Below are positions 10,549 through 23,530 of a stretch of 64,000 nt of DNA, piece after piece. The position numbers were made by a program, and so were the translations under genes. The first letter of the stretch is position 1; each line of letters begins with the position of its first letter. Below the pieces are notes generated by a model. That model was not told the DNA's origin. It saw only the letters and a list, made by a program, of their open reading frames with translations, and ran no database searches. Source of the DNA: Tubulanus polymorphus (lineage: Eukaryota; Animalia; Nemertea); assembly GCF_964204645.1 (NCBI RefSeq), contig NC_134028.1:15197653-15261652 (forward strand), in the 5' to 3' direction.

Positions 10549-11934
10549 TTAAAATTTAAGATATAATATTCCTCCGATTACAATTCCTATACAAGTTATA
10601 GCTAATTTAGTATTTTCATGGGATTTATTATCATCATTTAGTTTAATTATATCATGTTGATTATTATCAGTTTTTATATTTTCTGATGTATTATAATCCG
10701 GTTTAGAATCATTATTTAATTTAATATTCTTAGTTTTAGTTTCAGTTGATTGAATATGTTTTTTATTTTTTTCACCTTCCATTGATTTTGGAGCAGTAAT
10801 AATCTTTTTATTTATATCATTCAATCCAAATGAATTATTTATTGTTGCGGTTTTAATTAGATTATTATAACCAATTATATTTCCCATCTTTAATACTAAA
10901 TCATTAGAAATAATTAATAGATTAGGGCCTATACAATAATTAAGCCTTACATGAGATTTATCTAAATAATTTTGATATCTTATAATGTTTTCTGGAATCG
11001 ATCTATTTTTATCATTATGTAAGGAATCATCAAATAATACTTTGAATTGTTTTTGTGTATCGAATGATGTATTCAAATTTCCAATTATCGGTGATCTTGT
11101 TTCAACTTGCGCGCCTAAAATACAAATTAAATAAGTTCTAATAGATTGATTAATTCTTTGTATACCTGATTTTGTAAAACCTTCATTATTTTCTAAAATG
11201 AAATAAACCCAACCATTATTGTTTTCTTGTTTTGAATTATCATAAAATGTCGGTAATTTATTGAAATTTAATGTTTCTAAATCCTTAGTTTCTATTTTAC
11301 CATAACCTAATTTATTACTATAGATATTATACAAACTATTAGATGGTATGGGAAGTGCACAATATTCTGCAATCTTTTTAGGGCAAGGAAGTGATCTTAT
11401 TGTTCCAATTTTTGTTCTAAAATCAGAATTATTTATATCTCTATTAAATTCATTACAAATTTTATAAAACTTTGATAAATTAATATTATTATCTAATTCT
11501 TTAAAATACCTAGATCCTGGTAAAGCGCACTCTAATTCATTTAATATTATTCTGATTTGAAAGTATGTATGAAATCTAAATAAACTTTGAATTAGTTTAT
11601 ATTTAGAATTATTCAAATGATCATTCCAACTAATTCCACAACCTGTTGTTGCACAATAAACAGCAAAATTTAATTGGTTCTGCCAATACTTCATATTAGA
11701 TTTTAATAACCATTGTTTTTCATCTTTCAATTTTTTAAAATTAATTAAATATACATGAAATATATTTTCCATCTTTGCATTAAAATTATTAGTTTCAGTA
11801 ACATAAATTTCTAAATTAGTTAATGAATCTAAAACTTCATTTCTATATGTAATATCTTTATTAAAATCTATTGCTGGAATATTATATTTAATTGATTTAT
11901 TATATTGGTAAGCTTTTGGAAAACTATCTACCAT
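10549..11934 (-). CDS. 461-aa protein of unknown function with C-terminal TM anchor
   Basis: Intact ORF, WQNQLNFAVYCATTGCG motif, terminal LAITCIGIVIGGILYL; homologue at 44126-45514. Confidence 0.85.
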   Translation of the reverse strand: MVDSFPKAYQYNKSIKYNIPAIDFNKDITYRNEVLDSLTNLEIYVTETNNFNAKMENIFHVYLINFKKLKDEKQWLLKSNMKYWQNQLNFAVYCATTGCGISWNDHLNNSKYKLIQSLFRFHTYFQIRIILNELECALPGSRYFKELDNNINLSKFYKICNEFNRDINNSDFRTKIGTIRSLPCPKKIAEYCALPIPSNSLYNIYSNKLGYGKIETKDLETLNFNKLPTFYDNSKQENNNGWVYFILENNEGFTKSGIQRINQSIRTYLICILGAQVETRSPIIGNLNTSFDTQKQFKVLFDDSLHNDKNRSIPENIIRYQNYLDKSHVRLNYCIGPNLLIISNDLVLKMGNIIGYNNLIKTATINNSFGLNDINKKIITAPKSMEGEKNKKHIQSTETKTKNIKLNNDSKPDYNTSENIKTDNNQHDIIKLNDDNKSHENTKLAITCIGIVIGGILYLKF

Positions 11935-11950
11935 TTATATAACTAAAAAA

Positions 11951-12385
11951 TTAATAATTTATTAATTCTTTTAATAACTTATCTTGTTCTTCAACTGTTA
12001 TATGACCATTTAAACTTATATGATCTAGTGTATTCTTCAATTTATTAATTTCTTTTATATTAGTTTCAATTTTTTCTTTATTAGTTTTTATATTTAATTT
12101 TGAACTTATACCAGTTAAAACACTTGAACTTAATCCTAATACGCCAATTGATAAAGCTAAAGGTGTTAATGGACTGAATATTGCTAGAAATGTTATTACA
12201 GAACTAATTGTAACCGAACCACTTATAATCAAATAATATATAATTTTAGATTTTAAATATTTTTTCTTTTTAACTTTTAAATCATTTTCAAATTCTAATA
12301 TTTGTTTTTCTAAATATGTTTTTAATTTAGTTTTATTTATATCATGAGGAATAATATCAATATTATCAACTTTATCTCTATTCAT
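11951..12385 (-). CDS. 144-aa two-TM protein with flanking coiled coils
   Basis: Two adjacent hydrophobic helices; homologue at 43690. Confidence 0.8.
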   Translation of the reverse strand: MNRDKVDNIDIIPHDINKTKLKTYLEKQILEFENDLKVKKKKYLKSKIIYYLIISGSVTISSVITFLAIFSPLTPLALSIGVLGLSSSVLTGISSKLNIKTNKEKIETNIKEINKLKNTLDHISLNGHITVEEQDKLLKELINY

Positions 12386-12401
12386 TTAGCAAAAAAAATT
12401 A

Positions 12402-12824
12402 CTAATTAGTAAACTTATAAGCAACAAATATAACAATAACTGTTCCATCTAAAATCCAAATTATTTCATATTTCTGTTGTTCTTTACTTGGGGTATAATA
12501 ATCTGAAAATTTAGGTTTGTATAGATGTAATTTTTCTTTATTGGTTACCGCGTTATATAAACTCATTGCATCATCAACAGATTGAAAATCTCTATGTGAA
12601 ATCTTCTGATCATATAATTCTTTATTGATGTAATCCATATAGTTTTGTCGTTTTTCTCTGTATTCTTCTGCTGCTTTATTATATTTCTCTAATGCTAAAT
12701 TATGTCTTCTTTGTTCTCCTAATGAACTATTTTTATCAATATGTTTAAATAAATATCCACCACCAGTAAATGCCAAAGCGTTAACAATTGCCGATCCTAT
12801 AATAGTTATAATTGCAGAAGCCAT
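12402..12824 (-). CDS. 140-aa protein with hydrophobic N-terminus, EQRRHN helix and C-terminal TM
   Basis: Intact and near-identical to 43248-43670. Confidence 0.85.
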   Translation of the reverse strand: MASAIITIIGSAIVNALAFTGGGYLFKHIDKNSSLGEQRRHNLALEKYNKAAEEYREKRQNYMDYINKELYDQKISHRDFQSVDDAMSLYNAVTNKEKLHLYKPKFSDYYTPSKEQQKYEIIWILDGTVIVIFVAYKFTN

Positions 12825-12848
12825 TTATTTAGCAAAAAAATTATGTAT

Positions 12849-13069
12849 TTATATGGGAGGAATATATTTTTGTTTTTCCAAATAATCAATAGTTAAATTA
12901 GATAAAGTAACTGCTAATGTTAATTTTAAAATATCATTTATATCAAATCTATCAACATTAACACTTCCCATTTTGAATACTTTTTTAATACCATTGAATA
13001 ACCAACAGTTCCAACTGATAGTAAGGCGCCATTATATAATCCAGTTATTATCCACTTATTATCACTCAT
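12849..13069 (-). pseudogene. ~73-aa small hydrophobic protein with a 1-nt frameshift near the start
   Basis: TAAATG start; ..GALLSVGTVGYSMVLKK..DYLEKQKYIPPI equals the C-terminal half of 42858-43223. Confidence 0.6.
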
Positions 13070-13428
13070 TTATTTATCAAAAAAATTACTATCATCAAAA
13101 TATTTAGTTAACTTATTTATGATTAATTCAACATTTATTTCATTACTAGTTTCATTTGTATATATTTCAATTATTATTTTTTTAATATCATCGATGATAA
13201 AATCTTCATCTAATTCATAAAATCTTAAAGATTCTCTAATTAAATTAGTAATCTTTTCTACATTAAAATGTTCTTTATCTATTGTTGTTTCATACTCAAA
13301 TGTTGTTTCATTAGAAAATGCAATATTTTTAATATGTGTAATTACATCATTAACGTTAAATTTCATTTCTTTCTCACGTTTAAAATCAAATCCAAAACAT
13401 ATGCTCGGCCCAACAGTTCATTATTCAT
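13070..13428 (-). pseudogene. ~119-aa acidic protein of unknown function, frameshifted near the start
   Basis: TAAATG start at 13428; N-terminal half matches 42858-43048. Confidence 0.6.
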
Positions 13429-13444
13429 TTATATAATGAAAAAA

Positions 13445-14203
13445 TTACTCTCTACATCTTATAACTAATTCATATATTACAGGAAAGTTATTCAAATCAA
13501 TTAAATAACCATTATGATTTCTTATTTCTAATTTAAAATTATTGAAATGTGGAATACAAGGTTTGAAATCACATTCTGTTAAATTATAATTTATTTGCGT
13601 TCCAAATTCTTTAACATTTTTTAATGGTAATATATTTAATATACTAGAATTACAAATTGTATCTTTAGTTGCTTCAAATGTTTTTGTAGGATCAATTAAA
13701 TTGCAATAAATATAAAAGGGCGTAAAAGGTATTATATTTGAAATGCCTTCTACGTTTACTGTAACAACATCTGGTGCAATTCCTAGCAATTTAGCTAATG
13801 GTTTTTTTACTATAAATGCATGTTGACTTTCATCAAATACCTTTATTTTAATTTTATTTGAGCTATCACTTTTTATAAATCTTATTAAAAATTTATCATC
13901 TTTTCTAATTTTCAACCGTGCTCTACGATTGATTTCTTGAGCTAATGTTTCTAAATTATATAATCTTGGTTTTAAAATTAGATGAAACCATTTATTAACA
14001 TTTCTAATATGAATTAAAAAAGTATTATGTTCAATAGTTTTATTCGATATATTGTAAAAAGAATTACATAAACTTATATTAACTAATTTTAAATCTACGC
14101 AATTTTTATATTCTCTATCTAATTGTACTAGTAAATTATGAGATTTATAATTAGTAAGTTTTCTTGAATCAACAAATATTCTGTATTCTTTTAATTCTAC
14201 CAT
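13445..14203 (-). CDS. Putative minor capsid protein (penton, single jelly roll)
   Basis: N-terminal IFVDSR, SFYNI, YIYCNLI and C-terminal EIRNHNGYLIDLNN..YEL pattern, typical of Polinton/PLV pentons. Confidence 0.8.
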   Translation of the reverse strand: MVELKEYRIFVDSRKLTNYKSHNLLVQLDREYKNCVDLKLVNISLCNSFYNISNKTIEHNTFLIHIRNVNKWFHLILKPRLYNLETLAQEINRRARLKIRKDDKFLIRFIKSDSSNKIKIKVFDESQHAFIVKKPLAKLLGIAPDVVTVNVEGISNIIPFTPFYIYCNLIDPTKTFEATKDTICNSSILNILPLKNVKEFGTQINYNLTECDFKPCIPHFNNFKLEIRNHNGYLIDLNNFPVIYELVIRCRE

Positions 14204-14220
14204 TTATTTTACATATTTTC

Positions 14221-14562
14221 TTATTTGAAATCTATTTCATGGTGCCCTTTTTCATTCTTACCCTTATATATGAAATAGAAATCTCCAGAACATAATTCTT
14301 CTATATCTTCACTTGATAATCTATGAAATCTATCAGGTAAATATATTCTGAATTTATGTGTATTTCCTTTTAATCAATCATATTCTAAGTGTATAACTAA
14401 TTTATCTCCATAGTTATTAGTAACTGTAACAATATTTGTAATTAGATATTTCTCATGGATTGTTAATTCTGTTAACTTTTTGAATTTATAATCTACAGAT
14501 TTTACATTTGAAGTATATTTTATTCTATTTAAGAATTCACTGTGTGTTTGTTTACTCTCCAT
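14221..14562 (-). pseudogene. 113-aa small protein (possible OB-fold), internal TGA at 14374
   Basis: Homologue of the intact ORF at 41727-42068. Confidence 0.7.
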
Positions 14563-14591
14563 TTATAATACATATTTTTATTAAAATTTGA

Positions 14592-17500
14592 TTAACACGT
14601 TAGAATTCTTTTCATTATCTCGTTCTCTTTTGTTTCTTCTCTTTTAAATTTTAAGTATTCATCTAAATTACAACCATAAGGAACTGTATGAATTCCATCA
14701 TCCAGAATATATCTTTTATCATCAAATGGGTTTAGACTTATCTTTTCAATTTCTTCAATAAACATTTCATGATCTTCAGATCTTAAACATCTCATCTTAT
14801 GTTTTCTAACTTCTTCATTGAATATACAATTGATGTAATCTTTGAAATGAATATTCTTTTCTACTACACTTTTGGTTATTCCTTTTAACTTTTTAGCTTC
14901 ATGTTCTTTAGTTTTATATGAATACATTTTAGATCTAATACCTATGAATTCAATCATTACTTCACCGCCTAATTCATCTTTGAATTTACAAGGAACTTTT
15001 TTATTATCATTGCTAAACAATTCATGATTTTTAGGATAATTACTGAAATCAAAATGATGTTTTAATGTTTTTAAATCATCAGTTATGTTATCAGTTTTTA
15101 TCTTTAATATGTAAGAATCTGTTCAAAATATAATATTTCTATGTGTTTTTCTCCAAAAAGTGGTTGTAATACATTATAATAGAATTCATACATTAGTAAT
15201 TTTGATAATTCTAAAACTGATGCGCCAACATAGATTGGTTTATTGAATTTCATTGATGTTCTTCTCATTTTAACTGCAGCTAAATTTTCATCAAATATTC
15301 TGTTACCAATGAACTTAGATATGATTGTAAATGTCTAATTCTTTTGCCATTACTTACTAACTCAATATCATATCTATTTCTAATATTTTCACAAGTCTTA
15401 CCATAGAATGCATTATTCATTAACTTGAAGAAATCTTTCTCGAAATCAGTTTTAGCTTCAGTTCTCTGTTTGGTGTTAAAATCTATATATTTTTCTAACC
15501 ACTTAGATTGACTAAATGAAACATATCTATGTACTTTTTTTAGAATCATTCCTTGTTTTAGATAAAACTTTAACATTCTATAATGTACTACATAATTATA
15601 TTTATCTTCTTGAGTTACCATTAACTTTTCTGTATGAATATGATTTTCGGGTTTAATTCTTTTTTGATAATTTGATAATTCTTCATGAGTTACAGTTTTA
15701 TGTTCTGGACAGTAAGCTAGATTTCTAGATTTAAATTTAATATGTTCAGGATATTCTAAATCTACAACAAAGAAGTAACCAGTATCTGAATCATCTGCAA
15801 TATCTAGAATTCTTTTCTTCCACTCAAATTTATCATTATTTTCATTCTGTAAAACTTCAGTTAATTCAAATACTCCATAAGGTTGTGGTTCCATCATTGC
15901 CCAACCATACAAATTATTTGCATCTATATATAATAACTTATATCCAGGGTTATCATTTACATTGAAATATCTATCACCTAATACACCTGAAACTCCTCCT
16001 CTTATAGATTTTTCAAATAATAGTAATTGATCTATATTTGTTAACAAATCCATTTTTATATCTGTAAATTTTAATCCACAATCCCATGTTAAACCTGGTG
16101 ATGAATAACAATGACATGGATCAATGTTAAAATATTTTAGGTTTACATCTCTAAACCTTTCGAATATATCGGTTAATAATAATACATCTGATTTTAGATA
16201 TGAATCTACTAATTGTCCATGATTTTTCATTCCAAAATGATTCCAAATATTCAATGTCCTATTATATACTTCATCTTTAACATATTCCTTTTTTAATTCA
16301 TCATAGAATTATTCTTTCAATAATTCAGTTATGTTAAAATCATTATGATTCTATAGAAAGAATATGGAATTGCTCCTTTATATCTCATTAATTTAAAATC
16401 ATCATTATTTGGGTAATATTCTTTTAATATCTTTAATTCATCATCAACTAATGATTTTGATAAGTTATTAAATGAACTATTTAAAAATCTATATGAATCT
16501 ATAAATCTTAGGCAACCAAATTGGAATGATATATAATTCTCAGATGTTTTAGCTAACATTCTAAATTTATAAGTTGGTATTTTATCTTATGATCTATTTG
16601 AATTTAATCTTTCTATTTCATTATTAATTTCTTCTATTTTATGGCATAACTGTTTGATGAATAAATGTGCATCATATCCTGATAGATTATGAAATATAAC
16701 TGGTACAAAGTTAATTTTCTTAGCTTGTAAGTTACAATTCTCATGTGCAGCGCCTCTAAACTTTCCATTCAAATGATCATGGTCTCTTACTTTTTTATCT
16801 TTATAATTAAATATCTTTTCACAATAATAACATTTATCTGCAAACGCAAATTCTTCTTTATCTTCTTCTGTCATTATAATTTCTATATTTGTATTCAATA
16901 ATTTACTAAATCTTATTTCATATTCAATTAATCAGTCACAAAAATGATTGATAACATTTTCATTTCTATAATGATAATATTCACTTTCAATTAGTTCTGG
17001 ATAATCAGATTTAATATATAACCCGAAAGCTGCAGCTGATTGATGAATCTTTTTAATAGTATTTGTTTTTGGTGGTTCTTCAGAATAATCATTTTCATTA
17101 GAATTTAATTTCTTTCTTCCATAATATATTTCTTTTCTATCTTGATCAGTTAATTCTTTATTTAATGATTCAAAATCTCCATATATTACAAATGGTACTT
17201 TATTTTTGTAATCATATTTTTTGAATTCTAATATTTTATCCTTTTCATTTGGTAAAACTAATTTACAATAATCATGATTTTCACATAATTGTTTATGATT
17301 TAATAATGTACTTTCATTACTGAATCTATGTAAACATTTTCTACATAGATATATTTTATTATGGTGATCACTTTCTGTTCTAAAGAATAAATCTATTTGT
17401 TTAATCCACATATAATGATTCTCATAATATAATATATCTATAACATCGTTTGAATCATAATCTTTTGATAGATATAAAGGTTCTAATGTATAATGTTTTA

Positions 17501-18628
17501 TGTTGTTACCTTTTGTATTTGGTAATTTGATTAAATCAAATACATTTATTCTTAAATTATTATCTCTTTCTATTTTTGGGATGTCTTTAATTATAACAGG
17601 ATACTTATCTATCTTATAATTATTTTCAAATTGTTTATAATTCGTTAATCTATAAGTATGTTTATTATAATCTTCAACTGGGTGTAAGCAACTTATAATT
17701 GCCCATAGAAAACATTTATCATCAAAATTTTGTACATTTATTACAGCATTAGTTTTAAATGGTAGTTTAATATAACTCGATGCTTCAATATCTGGTTTTT
17801 TATAATATGATACATTATTTTCATCAATTGGTATCGATTTAGTTTACTTATTATATTTTGTGTTATAAACATGTAAAGTCATAAATATTATTTCATCAAA
17901 TATTAAACCAGATCCTTCAAAATATTTCTCTTCTATTTTAGTTTTCACTTCATTATAACATTTATCTAATTTATCATCTATATGTTGTTTAGATATAATA
18001 TGTTGTGAATGAGAATTTATATTATATATTGGTTTATCTTCAGATTTTATAAACTTTACTTTAACTGATATACTATTTTAGGATATTTAACATCAGTTAT
18101 CATTTTTATTATTTCTTTCATATTTTCTAAATGTTTTTTATTTTCTTCTAATGTTTTTCCTTTATGAAATTTAAACTCAATAGCTGCTGGACCAATATCA
18201 CTTTTAAATGCTTCGGTTATCTCTATATCTTTTTTATTATCTAATGAATTAATATAATTTCTTACATCTTCCATGTATGGTCTTTTATTGTTTAATTTAT
18301 TTTTTATGCTTTTAATTGTCTTCTGTTTCTTATCATTATCTTTATCAAAATAATCTTCACCTAAAATATCATTATTCTTATTTCTATGACTTTTAGATTT
18401 TAAATGTTCTTTATAATAAATTTTATCACTGAATGATTGATTACATGTATCACATTTGTATGTTTCTTTTTCATTCTTTAATTCATCTAATTTAGTTTCT
18501 AATATATCATCTTCATATTCTTATTTCAATTTATTCTCTAAATGTGTTTTAGTTTTATTGTGTCTTGCTTTTTGGGATTTATCTATATTGATATTACATG
18601 TTGGACAGTAGTACTTATATGCTTCCAT
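14592..18628 (-). pseudogene. Protein-primed family B DNA polymerase (pPolB), fragmented
   Basis: Exonuclease motifs YGDFES, FHNLSGYD and YLKSDV; polymerase motifs YIDANNLYG and KLMNNAFYGK; broken DTDS; KFKDE. N-terminal zinc fingers, KCFLWA..HY (vOTU-like) and RDHDH..HxxC insert. Confidence 0.95.
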
Positions 18629-18975
18629 TTTAATACTAAATTTTTTATTAAAATTGATTTTAGAAGTTATTCATTTATATTTTATTCATGTATATGAATA
18701 TTTTAAGAGTAATAGGGATAATAGGCTTTCAGGTTAAAGGTTGAACGGGCGGGTGAGTAAAAAATGAAAAACATGAGAATAATTACAATTTCTACTTGAA
18801 TTAGGAGTGAAACTCATAAAAATGAAAAATAAATTCGAGTGTGTGAGAATTTATTTTTCATTTTTATGAGTTTCGCGAGTAATTCAAGTAGAAATTGTTA
18901 TTATTCTCATGTTTTTCATTTTTTACGAGCTCGACCGTTCGACCTTTGGCCTGAAAGCCTATTATCCCTATCAAT
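18515..18975. repeat. Right TIR of copy A with hairpin 18708-18975
   Basis: Inverted copy of 1533-1993. Confidence 0.95.
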
Positions 18976-20184
18976 TGGGTATTCTTTGGAAATGATTCTT
19001 TTATACCTGAGACAGGTATTTTTGATCAGCCAATTATGATGCAATTGGTGGCCATCGTGGGGTCATCAGTACTCAGTAATACCAGGTAGGTGGAAAAAAG
19101 TGTTGCCTCATCATATTAATACCGAAGCATATTTTGTTATCACAATTGGAAAGTTGTAGCTCATAATGTGTTCTATGATTGTGTTGAGTTTCAAGGTCAT
19201 TGGTTTCTGTCTTTATAATTCTGTGTGTGTTGAATATTGAAGGTTACATCGTCAAGCATTTTCGTTTCCCTTGGCCCCCTAGTTGAATTTTATTCCTCTT
19301 ATCTCCTTGAACGAAATTGTTAACCTGCCTAGCCAAAATTTTTCGATTGAGTAATAGACCACTGAAGGGTTTGCAGCCAGGGTTTGTGTTGATGTGAGCT
19401 TCAGCGGGTGGCAATCAAACCCTGGCTAGCGAGGATGACCAGTACCCAGTTGGACAGTCATGGCTTCCACATAATAAGTGGTCTTAAGTTGTTAAATTGG
19501 TTGTAGAACCAAAATCAGCGTAGACTTTTCTTAATTCAAAGCCATGACTGCAACTAATCCCAGGCTCCACTTCCACAGTTATTGGTTTGATTTTCTTTTA
19601 AGTAAAAATGAGTTGATTTTCATTGTTTCAACGCCAGAACCAAATTTGAACTCATAACTGAAACTGGGTACAAGTACATACCCTGGATATTGTTTAATCT
19701 GAAACTGCTCAGAGACTGTATATTATTTGATTTTATGATTTTCTGCTTGTTCACATAATGAGAAATGCATAAGTTTTTGTTAGATATAATTCAGAGAATT
19801 AAATATAATTACTTTCAAAATGACCATCAATGTATTTGTTGTTTGAAAGAAAAAGAAAATTGGTATGTGCATGTGGTATACCTCTCAGATTAATTTAGTT
19901 GAATGCTTTTTTTTCAAACATACATTAACGGTAATTATAGGGATTGTCTGTATTGCGATAGCTGTTCGAAGTTTTTTGAAAATAAGTTGTCCATTGGCTC
20001 TAAATGAAGACCAAACTGATCAGAGGAGAAAAGTAACGTACAAATATTTACTAAAATCACAAACTGTAAGTATGCTACAGCTGTATAAATGTTTTCTGTG
20101 ATATCTGAAACATTATCTCATATTTGTATTTTAATTTAATGATACTTAAGTGATGTCTTATCTCCTTTAGTAATCCCTCTCATT

Positions 20185-21050
20185 CGAACCACCACTCTCA
20201 TCCCCTACACTTACCACCACTCTCATCTCTTACACTAACCACCACTCACCTATACTAACCACCACTCTCATCTCCTACACTCACCACCACTCTCATCTCT
20301 TACACTAACCACCACTCATCTATACTAACCACCACTCTCATCTACACTAACCCCCACTCACCTATACTAACCACCACTCTCTTCTAAAATAACCACCACT
20401 CATCTCCTACACTAACCCCCACTCATCTATACAAACCACTCTATACTAAACACCACTCTCATCTCCTACACTAACCACCACTCACCCATACTAACCACCA
20501 CTCATCTCCTACACTACTAACCACCACTCCCATCTCCTATACTAAACACCACTCTCATCTTCTACACTACTAACCACCACTCTCATCTACACTAACCATC
20601 ACTCTCATCAATACTAAACACCACTCTCATCTTCTACACTACTGACCACCACTCATCTACACTAACCACCACTCTCATCTACACTAACCATCGTTCTCAT
20701 CAATACTAAACACCACTCATCTTCTACACTACTAACCACCACTCATCTACACTAACCACCAATCTCATCTACACTAACCACCACTCATCTACACTAACCA
20801 CCACTCTCATCTTCTACACTACTAACCACCACTCATCTACACTAACCACCGATCTCATCAACACTAAACACCACTCTCATCTATACTAAACACCACTCTC
20901 ATCTATACTAAACACCACTCTCATCTTCTACACTAACCACCACTCCCATCTCCTAAACTAACCCCCACTCCCATCATACTAACCACCGCTCTTATATCCT
21001 ATGCTTACCCCTCTCTCTTCTCCTAAACTAACCTTCACTCTTATCTACTA
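20185..21050. repeat. C-rich minisatellite (~20-28-bp unit CTAACCACCACTCTCATCTACA)
   Basis: Directly visible degenerate tandem array, almost G-free on the + strand. Confidence 0.95.
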
Positions 21051-22969
21051 TACCAACCCCGGGACGGTCTGCTGATCTCCCTGTACATGTACTTAATCTT
21101 TTCTTATCACTTAACTCTAATCTGATTTTATTTCTGATTGATAATTGTCCAATATTATCTCCCATACTAATCCCGATCTTATCCCCTATAATTACCTCAC
21201 TCCCATCTTCTATTAACCCCCTCTTCTTATGATCCTTTTTTTCTTAGTTTATTGGATATTTCATTTTAATGATGTGTTACTGTAAATGACGGTGTATTGT
21301 ATGAAAAAAATATTTAAATAAATATAGTTTGTTGAATCATATTCAGTATTTTATCCAATTTGTATCAACCTTGTTTTTCTGTTGATTGGACCACGATCAA
21401 TTCTTCCAAGGATATACTGCAGTAGTCTCAAAAGTAAGCTCGAAGAAGAATCATAAGTTTCCTTTGAGTCGGTGTAAAACGGAATTCGGTAGCAAATGTA
21501 AATGAGGATATGCATATTTTCTTTTTAGCAATCCCCCTAAAAAGAAGATTCCAAATAATATTTCACTACAAAATACCACGATCTTTTATATTTTGCAATG
21601 GACAATAAGAGGTTACAAATCATAATCTGAACAGATTAAAATAAGATTTCTTTAACGTTCACACAATGTTTCAAGTTTATAAGACTTCATGTAGTACGAG
21701 CATAAATTCGTAAACAAAAAGTAAATGTACCTGACACCAAATCTATGACTTCTGAGCTCCACGTGGCATAAGAAAGTTCGGTATCAAAATATTCTTGACT
21801 GACACATTAAAGATTTTTTCATCACAAATATTTATAGGCGTCATTTTTCCACATCTTAAACCCCTGTGTTGCCAACGAGTCAGTTTTCTTAGAGGACCGA
21901 TATTGTAAAATCAAGGTCATGTCCAGAATTTCGAGAACCGTAATTGGTAGTGATGATGGTGGTGGTCAAGTGGCGGATAATAGTATGGTGGATTATTTCC
22001 CTGATCGATATATACGGTACATAAGTAAAAGAAGGCAAATTTGACTAGATTTCCATCAATTAAACAGGTTAACGCACTTCCAAAATTAAGAAAAAGGTTA
22101 TACTCTGACGAAAAAAGACAATCCCCGTTTCAAATGAACGGTAAAAACGATACTATTCAAATTTTGTAGTATTTTGAATGAAACATGAAGAATGGGACGC
22201 CGACAACAATTAAACCACATCGATTTTTACAATCAATTTTCACACGGTAGAAATTCGTATTTTAGGCATACCCGTACTCTAGTTGAGAGTAAATTCAGTG
22301 TCATTTTATGAAGTGAAAATAAAGTTATAATATGATTTTCAAATCAAAATTAAATTGAAATATAGCTGCAAAGCAGCGATGACGGGTTTTCTGTAAAGCC
22401 ATTCAGAATGATGGGAATTGTAGTAAATTGAAATATCGATACATAGAATAAAATGCATTGACAGATTCGAACCTAATATGCAACCACTGTGTAAACGTCA
22501 AATATGATTCAGCTTTGAAACCGAACAAACGTGGACGTACAATCACAAATATTAATATATTTGACCAGGCACTTATTTTGGCATTCAAACATCATGATAC
22601 TGTATTATCACCATCCTTAAAAATGGATCTGTCCTATTAAGAACTCATCTTAAGCACCTGCTGAGCCGATAGATTGAGTGAATTCACAGATAAGAACGTA
22701 TTATGATTTAGAATAGATTAGATTTAAGAAGTTAATGTTTTTATTGAAATATTTGAATAAATAGATATATTGTAGTGTAGATTCAATCAATAAATTATGA
22801 ATTTATTTGGTCTGGGTTTCCGGCTGATGTTGATTTTGGCTTTTATGGATTACAAATTCTACAGTGATAAACAATTGATACCTGCAACATGTGTGTAAAT
22901 CAAACCTATTCCACTAGTTGCGTGTGTTTCCTAATAAACGGGAGAGTCACTCTTGATCCGAGTTATTAG

Positions 22970-23530
22970 AACTAGGGGTCCAGGGACACCATGCCCACTT
23001 GGGAAGTGGTTCCAAATGCTCAACAATCTAACAATTCAGGTATCAAAGGTATAAAACATCCCTTTTCAAAGAATAACCATCACAAATTGCAATGAGAAAT
23101 GGCAAACTCAGAATTCGGGCCAAAATTGACATTTTTGGGCACTAAAAAAGGTCATAGGACGGCCATCTTGAGTCCGTATCCCAATTTTTGTTATGCTGAT
23201 GGGCCCAGGGGCATTCACATATATCCGAAAGATCAAGGTAATTGATCAAAGCATCTTCAAAATTTCCCTCAAAAAGTTCAAAAATGAGTAAAAAGTGTTG
23301 ATTTTGGCGAACAACAATGGCTGCCAGTCGGCCATCTTGATTCTGACAGGGCCAGTTTTTGAGCTGAAGATGTGTCTAGGGTAGATACATGTGAAACCCA
23401 AATATCAAGGCATTACATTGAAGCGTCTTCAAAACTTCCTAAAATAACTGATTTCCGTCTACGGACGGACGACGGACGAAAAGTGAACGCAATAGCCCGC
23501 TGGGACTAAAGTCCCAAGTGGGCTAAAAAT
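22970..23530 (+). mobile_element. Non-autonomous interspersed repeat, Helentron/HINE-like
   Basis: 5' CTAGGGGTCCAGGGACACCATG recurs at ~35725; 3' (ACGG)n tract and hairpin GCCCGCTGGGACT-AA-AGTCCCAAGTGGGC followed by an A-run. Confidence 0.5.

Larger units (their letters stand above)
1533..18975 (-). mobile_element. Polinton/Maverick (polintovirus-like) endogenous element, copy A, full length but decayed
   Basis: Starts AGTAATAGGG and has ~460-bp TIRs. 6-bp TSD TGGGTA at 1527-1532 and 18976-18981; the right terminus reads TCAAT instead of TTACT. Contains pPolB, integrase, ATPase and capsid-like genes. Strand given is that of pPolB. Confidence 0.96.

Noticed and set aside
18650-18657. Mimivirus early promoter AAAATTGA in the TIR
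   Set aside because: Points away from the ORF and is expected by chance in such AT-rich DNA.
18708-18975. Flip/flop isomerism between left and right hairpins
   Set aside because: The two ends of copy A are plain inverted copies in the same configuration.
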